Under the pieces are notes generated by a model. That model was not told where the DNA came from. It saw only the letters and a list, made by a program, of their open reading frames with translations, and searched no databases. From contig JAYWIR010000002.1 in the NCBI GenBank assembly GCA_036172245.1, forward strand, positions 868,001 through 932,000: a stretch of 64,000 bases of DNA. Reading direction: 5' to 3'. The position numbers and the translations under genes are program-made. Shown here in pieces: positions 25,050 through 38,562 of the stretch; positions within the stretch are counted from its first letter, which is position 1; the number at the start of each line of letters is the position of its first letter. The stretch comes from Raillietiella orientalis. Taxonomy: Eukaryota.

Positions 25050-27900
25050 TTAACAAGGCGATCCATTAATTTGTTGAGACACCGTTTCTAGACTTATTCT
25101 TTTGTCTCTTGAACTGAAGAGGAAATTTGTATGTATGTCAGCATTCTCAAGGTCTTGGTCTATATGTACCCCTCTGAATCTTGTGCTTTCATTCATCTCC
25201 GTGGGTTAAGAAAAGCCATTCTCCTAAGGGACTGCATGCACGCTCAGAAAACTGAAGAACATTGCCGAAACAGTGTTACCATGGTTTGATTTTCATAAAA
25301 GATATTCTCAAAGAGATTCTTTAGCTAACTTGCTTCTTACTTGATGCTAACAAGATGTGTGTTATCGGCAGCTGAAGATGTAGAATGATACACACACACA
25401 AAATTTCATAGGTCTCTGACTCACATTATTCTATAAGCATTAATCATGCAGAATCCTTGAAAGCTAAAGCAAAGCGTGAAAGCCAGACAAAACTTTCGTT
25501 TTTTCTCTATTGAGATAAGCGTTTTTTCTTTTATATTTTCGGGAATTTCACTTTCCCTCAATTCACTTTTGACGTTGTTTTCCGAATCTTCCCAACTCGT
25601 AGGGGAGGCCAATAAAATTAATGAAGACATCGTCGAATTCGATATATTTTCTTCCTTATATAAAAAGCTTGGGAAAGATTCTTTTCTAAAAAAAATGACT
25701 TTCGTCGTTCACCCACGGCAAATCAATAAGAAAGAGACCTTTTTCTCAAGGAGTAGAACATCAGAAATGTAAAGTGAAATTCTTCCAGCTTCTACAGATA
25801 TTCGAGATGTGTCGGCAATTCTGCGGTTGATTAGGCTATCAGAATTTTTGAAATCTGTTTCTACTTGTGAGCCATGTGGGTCCTTACCTGTATGTAAAGG
25901 CAAACTTACATTTCTGTTGAGTGAATCAGCACATCAACATATAGGGTGACAAAGTTTTAATTCTTGAGTGCAGTGCTAGCAGAGTCGTGGTTTTCGTGAA
26001 AAAGGGAATGTACTGGGAGGTAACTTGGGCACGGTCTAACCCGGTCTCATTGCTGACCCTAAGAAGAAGTGGGTAGATACTGTGACTACGTGGCACTGTC
26101 TGCGATCTGAGGCTGCCAAAATGGTGGAAATCGAAGGGAAGGTCGAGAAGTAAGAGGAAATCAAGGAGTAAGGAATTCTCAATTGAATTATATGATGACC
26201 TTTCGTCAGGACAATCCGAGGGTCCTGTCTTGAAGCAAAGTCATAAGCACATGCCAAAAAAAGAGGGAGGATGCGAAACTTTTATTTTCGACTTTATGTT
26301 CAACCTTGACGTAAATGCACATTCGAATTCAAAAAGATTTTTCATTGATCTCTTATGAAAGTTGTTGCATGCTTTCAAGACTTAATGAGTTGCAACGCAT
26401 CAGTCAGGCAAAATTGGAAGCACCCAATTTCTCCTGGAAGGAATTTCTGAATGATGCGCGTTTTGGAAATGATTGATTGGAGGGTTAGCAGGGAACGCGT
26501 TCCCGAGTTCTTCAGGTTGGTCCAGACAGAAGGAAGATTAAAAAAGCGGCAGCAGAAAACAACAACAAATCAAAGCTGGGGTATTGGAAAATTTGTTCGC
26601 TGGGATCCCTGCTGGAACTTCGGTAAAATGCATCTGCGATGGGGATCACTGCCATCCTTTCCTATTTAGGTTATGGATGGCTAACAAGAAGTATGTGTTC
26701 AATAAGAGGTAGAGGAAAAAGTGGAAGATTGCGCTTTTCTTTTTCTCAGCGGTGATATCGGAGATTTAAAGAAGTTGGAATTGTCAAAGAATCCTAGCCA
26801 TTCTTCGTCATCAATCTTCTAAGTGAGGGAGGTTCTCATATATCCGACAAAGCGTATTCAGCACCAGATAGTGATGTTCATTTATTAAATCAGCACCCTA
26901 ATGTTAATTTTTTTTATAGTACACTATAAACCAATCTCTTTTTATAAGCCACTGACATGTCATTTTTTTTTCCCCAACAGCATTAAATTCACGGGGGACA
27001 AATGAAACGGCAAACACGAAAGGATTAAGAGAGAAATTGGTCCATGGATTCGATACAAATAATGGAAACCGTGGGTTAAAGTGGGATTCGCAACCAAATG
27101 GGAAAGATCGTTGGAATCTGTTAAGTTCAATGTAACTAGGGTATCCGTGAAGAGGAGAGAGAACTTCTGCATTCGGTGCATGAGATGCTGAGGGAAGGAT
27201 CGATCCCGAAAAATGATATGAGCTCTTATATTTTTTTTTCTTCTGCTCATTGTCTTCTTTATTCTCTTGCTGGGATCTGAAGCAACCGAAACAAGGCAGG
27301 AAATTCTCGCGCTTTCCTGGCGAAGGAAAATAAACTGTTTTGGAAATTCTTCTTCGAAATCCTGTTCCTCTCCAGATTTATGTAGCATCTGTTGACATTC
27401 TCTTAATGAAAGTTTCTCTGAAGTCTGCAACTTTCAGTCTCCCGAATTGAGATTTTTTACAACTAGCATCAGAAACTTTATGGTGCAGGAAAAAAGGGAT
27501 ACTAAAATAGAATAGAAAACCAGCAAATGAAAGTACATGCATCTCAAAGAGACAATTACGAAGTAAACGGTCCCTTAAATCCCAAAGAAGCACAAAATTA
27601 CATTTGCATTTCTGAACACGAACTCAGTATTGCTTATTTAATCCTCTTAATATCTTAGATCTTGAGTCTCAAAACCATTTGTCAAAAGAAAAAAAAATCA
27701 CATTAGTGACAAACGGAATACAAATTGAAGATGATCACTGACAAGTTCTTCATGTAATTGCTACCTCATTTAAGACTCCACGCGGATGTTTTATCCACGC
27801 ATTATGCATGCTGGAACTCTTGATGCTATTCTGGCGTCGTAACTTGATAACACAATTTCAACCTACAAATAACCACTAAAAATGGATGAATTAGCATCAA
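25050..27900 (-). mobile_element. Highly degenerate L1/Tx1-type LINE ORF2 relic
   Basis: Colinear motif remnants on -: LVSDH (27731-27745, endonuclease SDH), ESARISC...DPSK...FSLLF (linker), GADLINE (~GxDGxxxE), LLNTYFLLA...NR (~LLNxDYKILA..ANR, ~26690), DQ (~LDQEKAF, ~26520), AYD (~YADD, ~26245), SVEAGRISLYIS (~LSxxGRxxL, ~25790), EWLFLTHG (~25215). Confidence 0.6.
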
Positions 27901-28579
27901 AGGAGACCTCCTCTTCAGCTGCAAGTGCTCATCCATAATTTGCTATACTTTTCAATAGCGAATCATCATTTGAACCCCAATTCTGTAGCGGCAGCATGTG
28001 CGTCGATGGCGCGATAGCATCGAACCATCACCAAGGTAAGGGTAAGACCACTGTTCCGTTTCTGAATTCTCGGTCATTGGATAATCTCAAAGATCATCGC
28101 ACACTGTGTCCCCACCTGCAATTTTCAAGAGTTTCGACTGTCGGTGAAGATGTTCGCACCGCTATGCTATCACCTTCTTGTACCTAAAACCCCACCACCT
28201 CTATTTTTGGGGGTACTTCGGACTCTCGCGATGGCAGCTTGGCGCAGGAAACGAAGGTCGCCACCAGAAAATCAACAACCCGAACGAAAAAAAAAAAAAA
28301 AAAAAAAACCCTCAGTCAGCATAGCTCTTAGTACCTCTGGTTGTAGCATCTCTGGTAGATGTTCAGAACGAAAACTTACCCATCTTCCAGGGAGGGAGTG
28401 ATGCCACAATCCCTCTGGTCGAGAGACAGGAAAGTTTTCCAAAAGTGGCGGGGATTCCATTAGCTTCCAGACGGCACAGAATTCCCGGCATACTTAATTG
28501 GCTGACCACTGTTAATCATCATTCTGAATTGCGAATTGCGACAAGAGCGATGCTTCCTCAAATTGATTCATCCGCGTGA

Positions 28580-28990
28580 ACGGTGGCGCTTGACATCAGA
28601 CGAGTCGGTTTCGGCGTGGAAAAAGATCAAGGAATGCCGGCCACATGGGTTTCGATGGGCACATTTTTCATAGTTCCACGGCTCCATTACGGGTTTCCGT
28701 GCATCGTAGGAGCACCTTCTATTTTTGATGGAAATACGACCACGCTACACTACGCGAAGGGAACCCTTCACGTGACGAACTGATGCTTAAGGAAAACCGT
28801 AACTTTCAAGATCTGCAAGAGATGTAGGCAGTACACTATACGGGAAACACTCTTTCCACTTTTTGACGTTGCTCGAATACCGACAGCTTTTTGGAGACTT
28901 CGGATCTCAAAAAAGATTTTTTCTCAAAGACGGTTGTTCCAGAGACTGGCAACGTCGAATTTCTGGAGGAGGAATCAACCCCGTTACTCC
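28580..28990 (+). mobile_element. Possible CR1/L2-type LINE 3' end remnant
   Basis: IVPRLHYG (~RPxLEYA) followed by KDFFSKTVV..DW (~SFFxRTxxDWNxL across a frameshift). Confidence 0.35.
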
Positions 28991-31900
28991 CGGTTCCCGG
29001 GAAACGTTCTCCAAAGCAAGCACGGGAGGCACTCGTTCAGGAAAGTCATGAAAACGTTGCGATTTTCGTTGATTTCTCTTTTCTCGCGACGGGCAAAAAG
29101 TTTCAAAGGAACAGCTGAAGATCTTTCCGGAGCACTTTGGAAAGTTTGAGTAGCTCTGGAGGCAAAAAAAAAAAAACAAAAAACAAAAGGCAAAGCAAAA
29201 AAGACGCCTGTATTTCCCGATAATCATTTAATAAGCGTGACGTTTGTAGTCATGCGAGATTGTTTATAGGGGGATGCGCGCTCTGTCGGCAGCTTGGTAG
29301 GCGCTTTCCCCCCTCTCTCCCTTCGCCCTCGATCACCAGGAAGTGCTTCGAGAAAGCTCGCTGCTGCAAGCGACAAAAGTGTTCGCGTTAAGAGTTTTCC
29401 TCTTTCGTGTTTTTCCCCTTCATTCCCCTCCCCATCGCTTCCCTCCTCCCCCAGCCTGTGCACAATTAGTTAAATAATTCCGGGTGTAGGAATCCTGCGA
29501 CCGAACAATAGGGGAACCTCCATGGGTGCAGGCTTAGCTTGCATGATCGATGCTGTGAGGAGAAGGCCGGATTTCTCTAGACGAAGTCTGCGACCGCACT
29601 CTCTGGAATATCAGTCGCTAAAAAAAGAGGCGAACAGATCACTTTTTATGCAGGACATGCTTTCCGCTTTGTTAATCTTTTTAAGTTTCTTTCAGTGTTT
29701 TGGTCGACGGAGCTCGGGTGCTGCGCTCGACGCTGATCCTGAATTATGGGTTCAGGAAATTCTTCGATGCATTCCCAGAAGCATGGTTGGACCTACAAAA
29801 GATTTCGAATTTCCACTGAGGCACCCAACAAATCCCTAAGAGTTTATCTGGATAGAACCGAGGCAAGAGGTGGGTGAGGATTTCGGGACTCCCAACGACG
29901 GCTGAGCGCATAAAACAGGGACGAGCTTTTGACTGATGAAAGCTGCAAACGGGAAGGGTCCAAGGGCGAAACTGCATGACCTTTGTTAATAATTGATACA
30001 CAAGGAATTTTGGAAAAGCGTCGTGCCAGTGCTTAAAAGGAATACCTTTCCTGCTGGAAATTGAGGGCTTAAGAACGCACGACTTTTCTTCAAAATCTTT
30101 CTTACTGCATTCCGACGACCTACGAATATTTTTTTTGATATTGCATTCCCAAGACTTAATTCTCCGAGTGCGGTTTCGTAGTCCAATGTTCTGGAGCCAC
30201 CATCGTGCTGAAGTAACAAAAAGCTAGCGGTAAAGAAAATGGCGGAAGCGTCGGTCACATTCGAAACAGTAGGAGGATGAAAAAATCTCATAGAGATAGT
30301 GTATGTGGAGAAGTACAGCACGTACATTTAATTGGAGGAGTACATATATGTAGCCATACTAATAGAAAAGAACATGAAGGGAGCACGAATGCAGGTACAG
30401 GAATACACAAGTGCGTACCTCATGAATGCATACATGTCTGTACACATGTCTGCTCATCTACACATTTGTGTGCAAGGGTACAATGAGAAGAATGATCTGT
30501 GAGTGGGAATTTGAATGTATTGAGAGTCGCCTGCATGAGAAAGAGCAAGGGACTTTTCTGAATCCTGAAGGGAATCGTTTGGTTTGATTGCAATCTCTGC
30601 AGGAAGATACACCTCAATACGTCACACGCATCATTCGACATGCTTCACTACGCTGAGGCTTCGTGGTACTTGGTTTTAGAACAAGATCCAAGGAGTCCAA
30701 AAATGTAAAAGAACTCTCCCATCTGAACAAATTTCAAGAATATCTCTTCTGCGCCCAACAAAAAAAATTGGATGATTCTGCGTATGCATGCGTATGCGCA
30801 CATACGTAATTACACACATACATGCATGCACTGCTAGCTAGAAGTGGCGCACAATTGAAATTCATGTGCTCCAGATAATGTGAAAATCGTGTCCTACTTC
30901 TCATTAATTCCTGCTTTTCCACTTTCCAATCTATCCGTACCACTGGAAACTGGATTGGAAAGAACTGATGAAATTGAAAAAAAAAAAAAAAGAAAATGCC
31001 TGTCCGGTGGGTCTCTTCGTAGAGACCAAAGAGGACATCCAGAAGCCACGAGTGCAAAACAAATCTCGCACTGCATGGATCGCTCGGAGTGATCAACCAG
31101 AAATTATCAGCTGCATCGAATCACAGCTTTACATTTCATTCCCCGGCAAACTCGAAAATTCCGAAAATCTTACTCGCAATCGGCTATACTGGATAGATTC
31201 CAAGATTCTATCACACGATTTTGCTTTCTCCAAGTGGAAGTGGAAGTTGCTGATTTTCGTGCAGGCCACTGTGAGCCAATGCATCATTAGTAGAGAATGT
31301 ACAAGCAAGCAGACTGACGTGCCGGGCTGCCGTCTTTCGGTAGGAGTCGACGGACTGCATGCTTTCCTTGGTTTTTGAAATGCTTGTCATAATCGTTAGT
31401 CCACCTAAGAGACCGGAAGACACGTCCTCATATTCCTGCCCGTATACCTTTCGACTGAAAACGGGAAAAAAATCTTGTAAAGTACCCGCGTTTATCAAGG
31501 ACTCCTCACAGCAAGATTCGGTTTCCGCCGCGGAATTTTCTGGACCCATTTTATCTTAAAAACACTGATAAAAATAAAAAAAAGTTTCAAGGGAAACTGG
31601 TTTCAAATCATGGCACATATTCAGACTGAGTAAACACGATATGGGAGCATCATCCCAAATCCTCCATCAATCCAGATTTGGCTAATCAGCGTTGCTGATG
31701 CTTTGTCTCAGTCTGTTCATGCAGTTTGCCGGCTTTCCATTCCCCGTGGATTCGAGCTGCACTTCGAATTGCATTCCGCAATCCTCGGCTTGGTGAAATT
31801 TTCCAAAGAGGAAGCATAATTTCAGAGGGACGTACGTTGGCCATTTATCAGATGATATAATTACTTTCCATTTTGTTGTAATATTTCAAGTGCAGCTCAT

Positions 31901-34900
31901 GCCATAGAGAGCGCCGTCATCTTTGCGTGTACGACGAGAGAGAGGTCGAAAGTCGGGAGCTAAGGATTATGCTGCAAAATCTCTTCGATGATTTGGAGGG
32001 AATGTGAAGGAGACGTGCTGGAGCGAAATTTCTACTCTGCACCGTAAACTCGCTCTGATTTCCGTTGGTCGCCTCGATGCAAGAAATCGTCATTGCGTGA
32101 CGGATTCTTCTACTCATGTCTATTCGGGTTTCCATGAACACCGACCAAGTCGTTATATGGAATGAGAATCAGATAAATCTATTTCTCACTCTTATCTTCG
32201 TTTGATATCTTCAGACAAGCGGGAGTCATCGGTACTAAGGGAAAATACATGATACTAAAGGGGCAACAAGAAACTCACTGAGCTTGTAGCCATCTCAACC
32301 GAAAGTACGGGCTTACAGCTGGAAGAGGCATGGAAAAATCATATGAATCATTCAACTCTTCGATGGAAATCTCTGTCTCAGAATGGCTTATGGATGTGCT
32401 GCGGAAGAAATCATTATTTATAGCTTCCTTGCGAAGACGATTGCTGCTGGGAAGTATTCATTAATTCATTGAGGTCACTTTGAAGAATAGCTAAGCAGAA
32501 CTGTCAGTTTTGAAGAATAGGTTGTAAAGAATCTGGAAGTTGTGAGAACAAGAAGAAAGATTGCTTGAACCTTTGGCAAGCAACGATAGAAGTTCCGAAC
32601 CGCTGCTGGACAGTCGTACGCTTGTTGAAGTCCCGTTTCAAATCATTGAGAAAGGGGACCCTGTAGGGTCATAGTTCGCAGGAAGTTCTTTGAAATTTTA
32701 GTGGTTACTGGGCGCTAATTCGCAACCATTCACGTGCTCTCGAAGTTTCGTTTCAATCGATTCTCTAGCACTTCACACACACAGAAGGGTTGTACGTCCA
32801 CGAAAATACAACCCTCTCGGAATGCCCTGTTCGGTTCGTGAAGAATCAAAAACTGATCCAAGGAAGATTCCTAAGGAACTTATGCAAAAGTTCTACATCG
32901 AGACGAAGACAGGGCTTTTCACTCCAAAAAAAAATAAGCATCTTTGAAACGAATGCCAGCTGCCGACGAAGAGCTTTCTTCTGAGATCGGTTTTCCGTTT
33001 TCGAATGCGAAATCAGTAATGTCGTTCCAGAAATTCCCAAAACATTGCAGAGCTTCCGTCAGCTTTAGAGATTTCCTTCATAATCCTTGAACTACAAATA
33101 TTGTGCTTCTAAAAACAAGACCCTGTAGATGCCTCTTCAAGAATCAACTGCGTAGAAGATTAATTTACAGAGGCTAGATGGATCCGCTGGACTTACAGAT
33201 CTGCCCCAAATCTGAAGAGGCAAAATCTGGTGAGATCATAGCTGTTCAGGCGATGATTCGAGGCGTCTCCGTGAGCAGGGTCTCAGTTTGATCACAAGAG
33301 GAAATGGTGCCCTTCATGATGCCATCTGCAAGATCGAACTTTTAAAACGCTCATTTCGTATCCAGACAGAAGCCCAAAACACCAGAATCCCTCAATTCTC
33401 AATCCTCAGAATCTTCTTATTCCAGAACGGGTACAGGATTCAGGTGCGAATTCTCCTTTCGTGATTTCTACAGCAAAGAGGATTAAGAAAAGACGATGCA
33501 TGGCCTAGGATCCACTCGTACTCATGGCAACACGGCTTTTTTTTTTTTTTTCTGAAATGATCGCCTTAATGCAGTTTTCAGTGGAGACTTGCTTTCAGCT
33601 TGCTGCTTGTAACAACGCCTTGGTTCCATTTCGTCCACTTTGCCCGCCACCTCATGTACTGGTGGACAACGAGGTTCGCGTTCTGCATCCAGCATCTGGA
33701 GTGAGGAAGAAAGCGGGTTCCTGGGGTCGTTCCCTGATCATGGAATCCTCTGACAATGTTCCTCCACTGTTTCAAGCGTCCATCACAACCACCAGCTTCG
33801 TTAACAGAAACTCATGTCTTCAAGTGTTTATTTTCAAGAACGTATAAGCGTGTGAAGGCTTCGGAATTGCTTGCCTTGGATGAAGAACTCAAATCCAGTA
33901 ATAACCAAGATTTGAAAACCCGGTTTACCCTTTGACGAGAGCTCAGTTTTTATCTCGCATAAAGAATTTGTAAACTGCAGCGGAGATCTCTGACAATTCT
34001 ATCCACGCTGGTTTCGTTCACTCTCAGAGCAGCGGCTTTCCATTTTGGAGAGAAAGAAAACAAAAAAAAAATCCCGAGATTCTCTATCATCCGAACGGAT
34101 GGAGTGATTACATTACTGGATACCTTAAAGATGCAGAACAAGTTTATCTTAAGCCTTACATTGCAAATTTCATCGCTGGTGGACTCTGCAGAGAATATAA
34201 TTTTTGAGGGTTCAGATAAATTTCCATCCTTGTAAAAAAGTTTTTGCTTCACTCTTCCTTATTCTATGTGTCAATCATCTTACATTTGCTAAGATCTATC
34301 AGCTTGTTTCAGTCTGAGTGGAACGTCACAACTACCAGATTTTCCAGTTCTTATTTTTTAACTGAGAAAAAATACACACCGTTTTATCGACGCCAAATGA
34401 TGTCCATGAGATAAAATATTTAAATATTTTCCCCATTCATATGAAGTTTTGAATTTGCAGACAATGAAGTAATTTATATTATAAGTCCTAATCAGTATCT
34501 TGGCCCGTTCTTATCTGGAACGGCTGTTTTTTTTTCTCTTCACGCTTCTGCTTGCTGAACCTAAAAAAGAAAGAACAAAAAATTACACAAAAGCTCCAAT
34601 ACATCCTAAGAATTTTGCATGTACCTCATTAATGACAAGCATCGTAATGTTGAATTCAATCAATGCAGACGTTTGTCAGCTCACAAGATCTCGTATTTTA
34701 TAGACGTTATTTGACGGAGATCGCACAACACGATGCCGATATCTGAAAGTAAGGGCGTCACTAACGTAATGAGTGAGCAAGCCGTGCCTTCAAGCAATCA
34801 ACGTTGGGAAACTTGATGACCCTCTGGAACATTTGTGGAGACAGCGACAACATTACTGACGTGACAACGAACCAGCCAGAAGCTGGAGTCTTGCGCTTGT

Positions 34901-35529
34901 GTTCAGGTAATTGTGTTCTTTGCCACACCGAGTGCACTGTGTGTCCTCATTCAGTCGTTAGATCGAAACTAGGTGTTCATTTGCAGCTTTCCTGAGGGTT
35001 CTCACGAGCAAGAGCCTTGATGTTACAGATGCAACAAGACAGTTGAGCTTCTCTCGTTTCTGCCACGGGTTCTCAAGATCAAGTCCCGAATTTGTCACCT
35101 CACTCATTGTGTTTCCGTGGCAGTGTTCAAATTTCCGTGTTCCAGGTTTCAGCAGCCACTGACACCTAACAAACAGCCACCAAGACACAATCCCATAACA
35201 AGCACTCCAAGCATCCAAAATTCTTCCTAATCGTAACTTTGACATCCTGATGCATTAAGGTGACTAGAGCCGAGCGTCATAATTCAATAAACGATAGACA
35301 ATACAGAGTTATAAGTGATAAGGAATCCGTCAATGTATGAATCAATTAAAAGCAATGAGACACTAAGCAAGAAAAATGCAGATAAAATTCCCTGTACCTT
35401 GTCTGGCTTTTGTCTCACTGAACGCATCATGGCGTTTGTTATCTGACAAACTTTCGAGAATGCTCAATGATTTTTTTGCCTCCAAGCAGGGAGAACTTTT
35501 CGGATTTGTTGGCATCCTAATATAAATTT

Positions 35530-35995
35530 TAGATTCCTTCGAAGCAAAGGTTGTTTCTTTTATTAAATATGGAGAGGAGAATCCGTTGAGCTTCTAGAGT
35601 TGAGCTGCCATTTTTTCCTACATCGACAGTCAGAAAATCTAAAAATAATTCTCGATCCACTTTTGGAAAAATCCAAGTTTGCTTCATTCCCAACACAAAT
35701 CCACTCGAGATCCTGGAATATTTCGTGAGCAGTCTGGGACCGGATTCTGCTTCCGATTTGCTCCGGAGCACATCCCGATTCCAGGCGTTCGCCTGGGCTC
35801 CCGTATACGGCAAGAGCACTACACCCATTCAGTGGATTTACATCCGTGATTTTTCTGCAGGAAAGATGTGTCGGGACCTTTCCAGGTGTGATTCCACAAA
35901 AAAAAAATGCATTCGCGAGCTCGGGCGCCTTTCCATCTCTTGCGTAAACCTCTACGTTTTTGGAATTTTTTTTTTGTCTTCCTACGCCCATTCTA
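35530..35995 (-). mobile_element. Possible L1-type RT fragment
   Basis: GVGRQ...PELANAFF...ALAVYGS...ANLDFSKS resembles the GVRQG/PLSPxLF/YADD/INxxKS spacing, but is very decayed. Confidence 0.3.
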
Positions 35996-37009
35996 CACTC
36001 GCTTTTTAATTTATTTTACGAAACCTCGTAGGGCCCCTTGAAGGCAACTACTCTCTTGAGAATTCCCGTGATGATATTCCTTTAGTTTCTGCTTTCTCCT
36101 CGTTTTTACCCATAATTGGGAAAATGCCACAAACATGCCTTAATGGATCAATTAAAGGGTGGCTCATTGCCATTTCCATAAAGATAGAAAAAGCCAATAC
36201 TCAGCTGAAAGGCGGAAATCCATAAATGAGATGCGCCATCCAGTCTTCACAGATTTGTTGAAAGGCTGTTTGAATAAAGTATGAAGGTTCGGTCTGGAGG
36301 AAAAAAACGGGAGCCATTTTCAAGACCGCGAGACCAACTGAAGGCCATGGATTCACAGGAAAACCCAAAGTATCGAAACCGATTAGGGTTTCCATCGATG
36401 GAGAACACAGCAAACCAAGTCACTCGTCTTATCACACAATGCGATTGCACACTTCGTTGCAGCTGTGATTTTTAACATTTATCAGTCAAAACGATCGATG
36501 ACCTATTCGAAATGTCAGCGTGAGGTTTACCACGAAAGTGTTAGATAGCATCTCCTACGCGTCTCTTGGTTTGTAAACAAGCAATCAGGAAGTAAAGACA
36601 CAAGTGATGCAGAGCCTTGAATAGGTGAGCAAGAAAGGCACCAAACAACGTGCTTTGACTCAATTGCTAGTGTCCTTGTATTTGTCATTGTCATTTTTCT
36701 TGCGTCTTGTCTCGTGAATACACGAAAGATAAATTCTCCTAGTCTCAATACAGCGAGGAAGAACAGCGAACGGTACCGCAGTTTTGGCAGGCTGAAGGGA
36801 TACCCTCAGAGGAGATGGTTGCGTTGCTTTCTCTGATGCAACTATCTCTGCCGAGGGTACTCGTTCAGCAGAGCATGCCAAAATCGGAGAACAACGTCTT
36901 GTTGATGCGGAGAGAGCTGTGTTTATCTCAAGCACGTCTGGAGACCACTTCAGAAGTGGACGAACTAGTCTAAGCCCGATGAAGCCCGGTTCCTACTCCC
37001 GGATAGGGA

Positions 37010-37420
37010 AACAGTATGGAGCGCTTTGGAGCCGTGGCTGAAAACTACAAGCTACTGATGGTCGCTGAACTTGGTTCCGAACTTGATGCCGTGTATAATT
37101 CAGCAAGTTCGATCATTCACAAGGACCGCGGATGCAAGAAAGCTCGAGATGGTTACAATGGCAGTTGCTCCGAAGGACGCTTGGGAACGATGGCGGAAAT
37201 CGGAAGGTCTTTCTGAAAAGGATGGCCAAGCTAACGAGGCATGGACCCGCGATTCGGGCTAGGGAGAAATCAGCAGTCGGAGAAACGGGAACATCAGAGG
37301 GTCGTCAGTCGGAGGCAACAGGGTGGGATCCCAACGGGTCGGTGCCAGTCTCACTCACTGCACGGCCAAAAAAGCAAAGACCACGCCTCGACGTAGAGGT
37401 ACTTCACGGTGCGAGCTGAA
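37010..37420 (+). mobile_element. Possible copia-type gag N-terminal remnant
   Basis: ENYKL, AVAPKDAWER and NRKVFLKRMAKL in successive frames resemble copia gag (NYxxW; TAKEAWxxL; RKxxLxRxL); GC-richer than flanks. Confidence 0.3.
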
Positions 37421-38494
37421 GTTGGCGCTCGATCCAAGACATAAGAGAGGAACAGCTCCACCGTACTGAAGCTTTGCAATCTACCAGATGAGGTTTCGAC
37501 GCGCTCTGGGAGAATCGAAGTTTAGGTTGCGGCAAAGTCTACCACCAGATAGCCCTAATCTGCCATCTCGAGACTACTTTCCGTTCGGACTGCTGTGGGA
37601 TGGGTTAAAAGAGGCAGATACTTTCCGAATCATGAAGCGTGAAAAACGCACTGCAAGAATTTTTTTAGGTGCATAAAACGAACCTTTTTCCCCTGCAGGC
37701 ACAAGAAAGCTGGTAAGAGACGGACCAAGTGCGTTAGAGGAGTCCCCACTTTGTTCCTGCAATGAAAGAAAAGCCACATTAAGCTTTCATCTTTGCTTTT
37801 CGATCCGCTGTCGTGGTGAGTCTGCATTTCCTGAAATCATATAGTGAAAAGTTCAACAGTTGATGGCTCTCTACTTATATAGCATTCTATTTTCATTTCG
37901 TTGATCGAAGGTCGCAATAAGCTCTCGTAGCAATCTTCCCTGAATTCTACACTCCTTTTCTCCTTCCGTTCTCCATCTGCACCAGTGAACCATACTATGG
38001 GTACCATAGTCGTGGGATGCTGGGGTTCATGTTCGAGAAACTCTCTTATTCTTGGATGCTCTTAAGAAGGATGAGAGGACAGTTAATCACTTCAATCGGA
38101 GTTTCACCCTTTTGCTTGATGATGCTAGACGCTTGGGGTGCTCCAAGGAATAGCAAGGATGCACCCTCATGATCTGTGTCTTGTGGAAGCAAGCGCCTCG
38201 TGAACATGCTTGCTGTCTTCTTCTCCTTCCGTCCTGAATTTGTCCCGTTGTCTAAAAGGTCGGCAACAACGCCATCAAAAAAGATTGCAATAATTATAAT
38301 ACAAATTTGCAGAGAGCGTCAGCATCCCGTTACTTTTGCTTTTCTCTGATTCCTTTTGTTACTTCGCCCGCTTTCTCTTTTAAGAAACGAAAGAGGAATT
38401 TTAATATCATCCCGTGTTCGCATAAATCCAGCTAATAGCTGCTGACAGTCATCGTGCAAATTATCTCATTTTGTACTTTAGCTGTAAAGTGCTG

Positions 38495-38562
38495 CTGACT
38501 GTGGAATCGAACCCGATCTCTTCAGTTTTGCTGTCAGATTATCTTGACCAACCGTCTACTTT
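38495..38562 (-). repeat. tRNA-derived SINE-like head
   Basis: On -: TAGACGGTTGG (A-box-like, 38558-38548) then GGTTCGATTCC (perfect B-box, 38513-38503) at tRNA-like spacing. Confidence 0.45.

Noticed and set aside
25421..27430. Multi-exon host gene on - built from ORFs at 25421, 25709, 26036 and 26960
   Set aside because: Pieces line up with L1 ORF2 motifs in order and are separated by frameshifts rather than convincing introns
31359..31559. EGF-like YSCPYTFRLKTGKKSCK
   Set aside because: Only two cysteines and no supporting exon structure
33578..34252. LINE RT-like phrases (EICNV, WKAA, GVVTSSKL)
   Set aside because: Too decayed to call by eye
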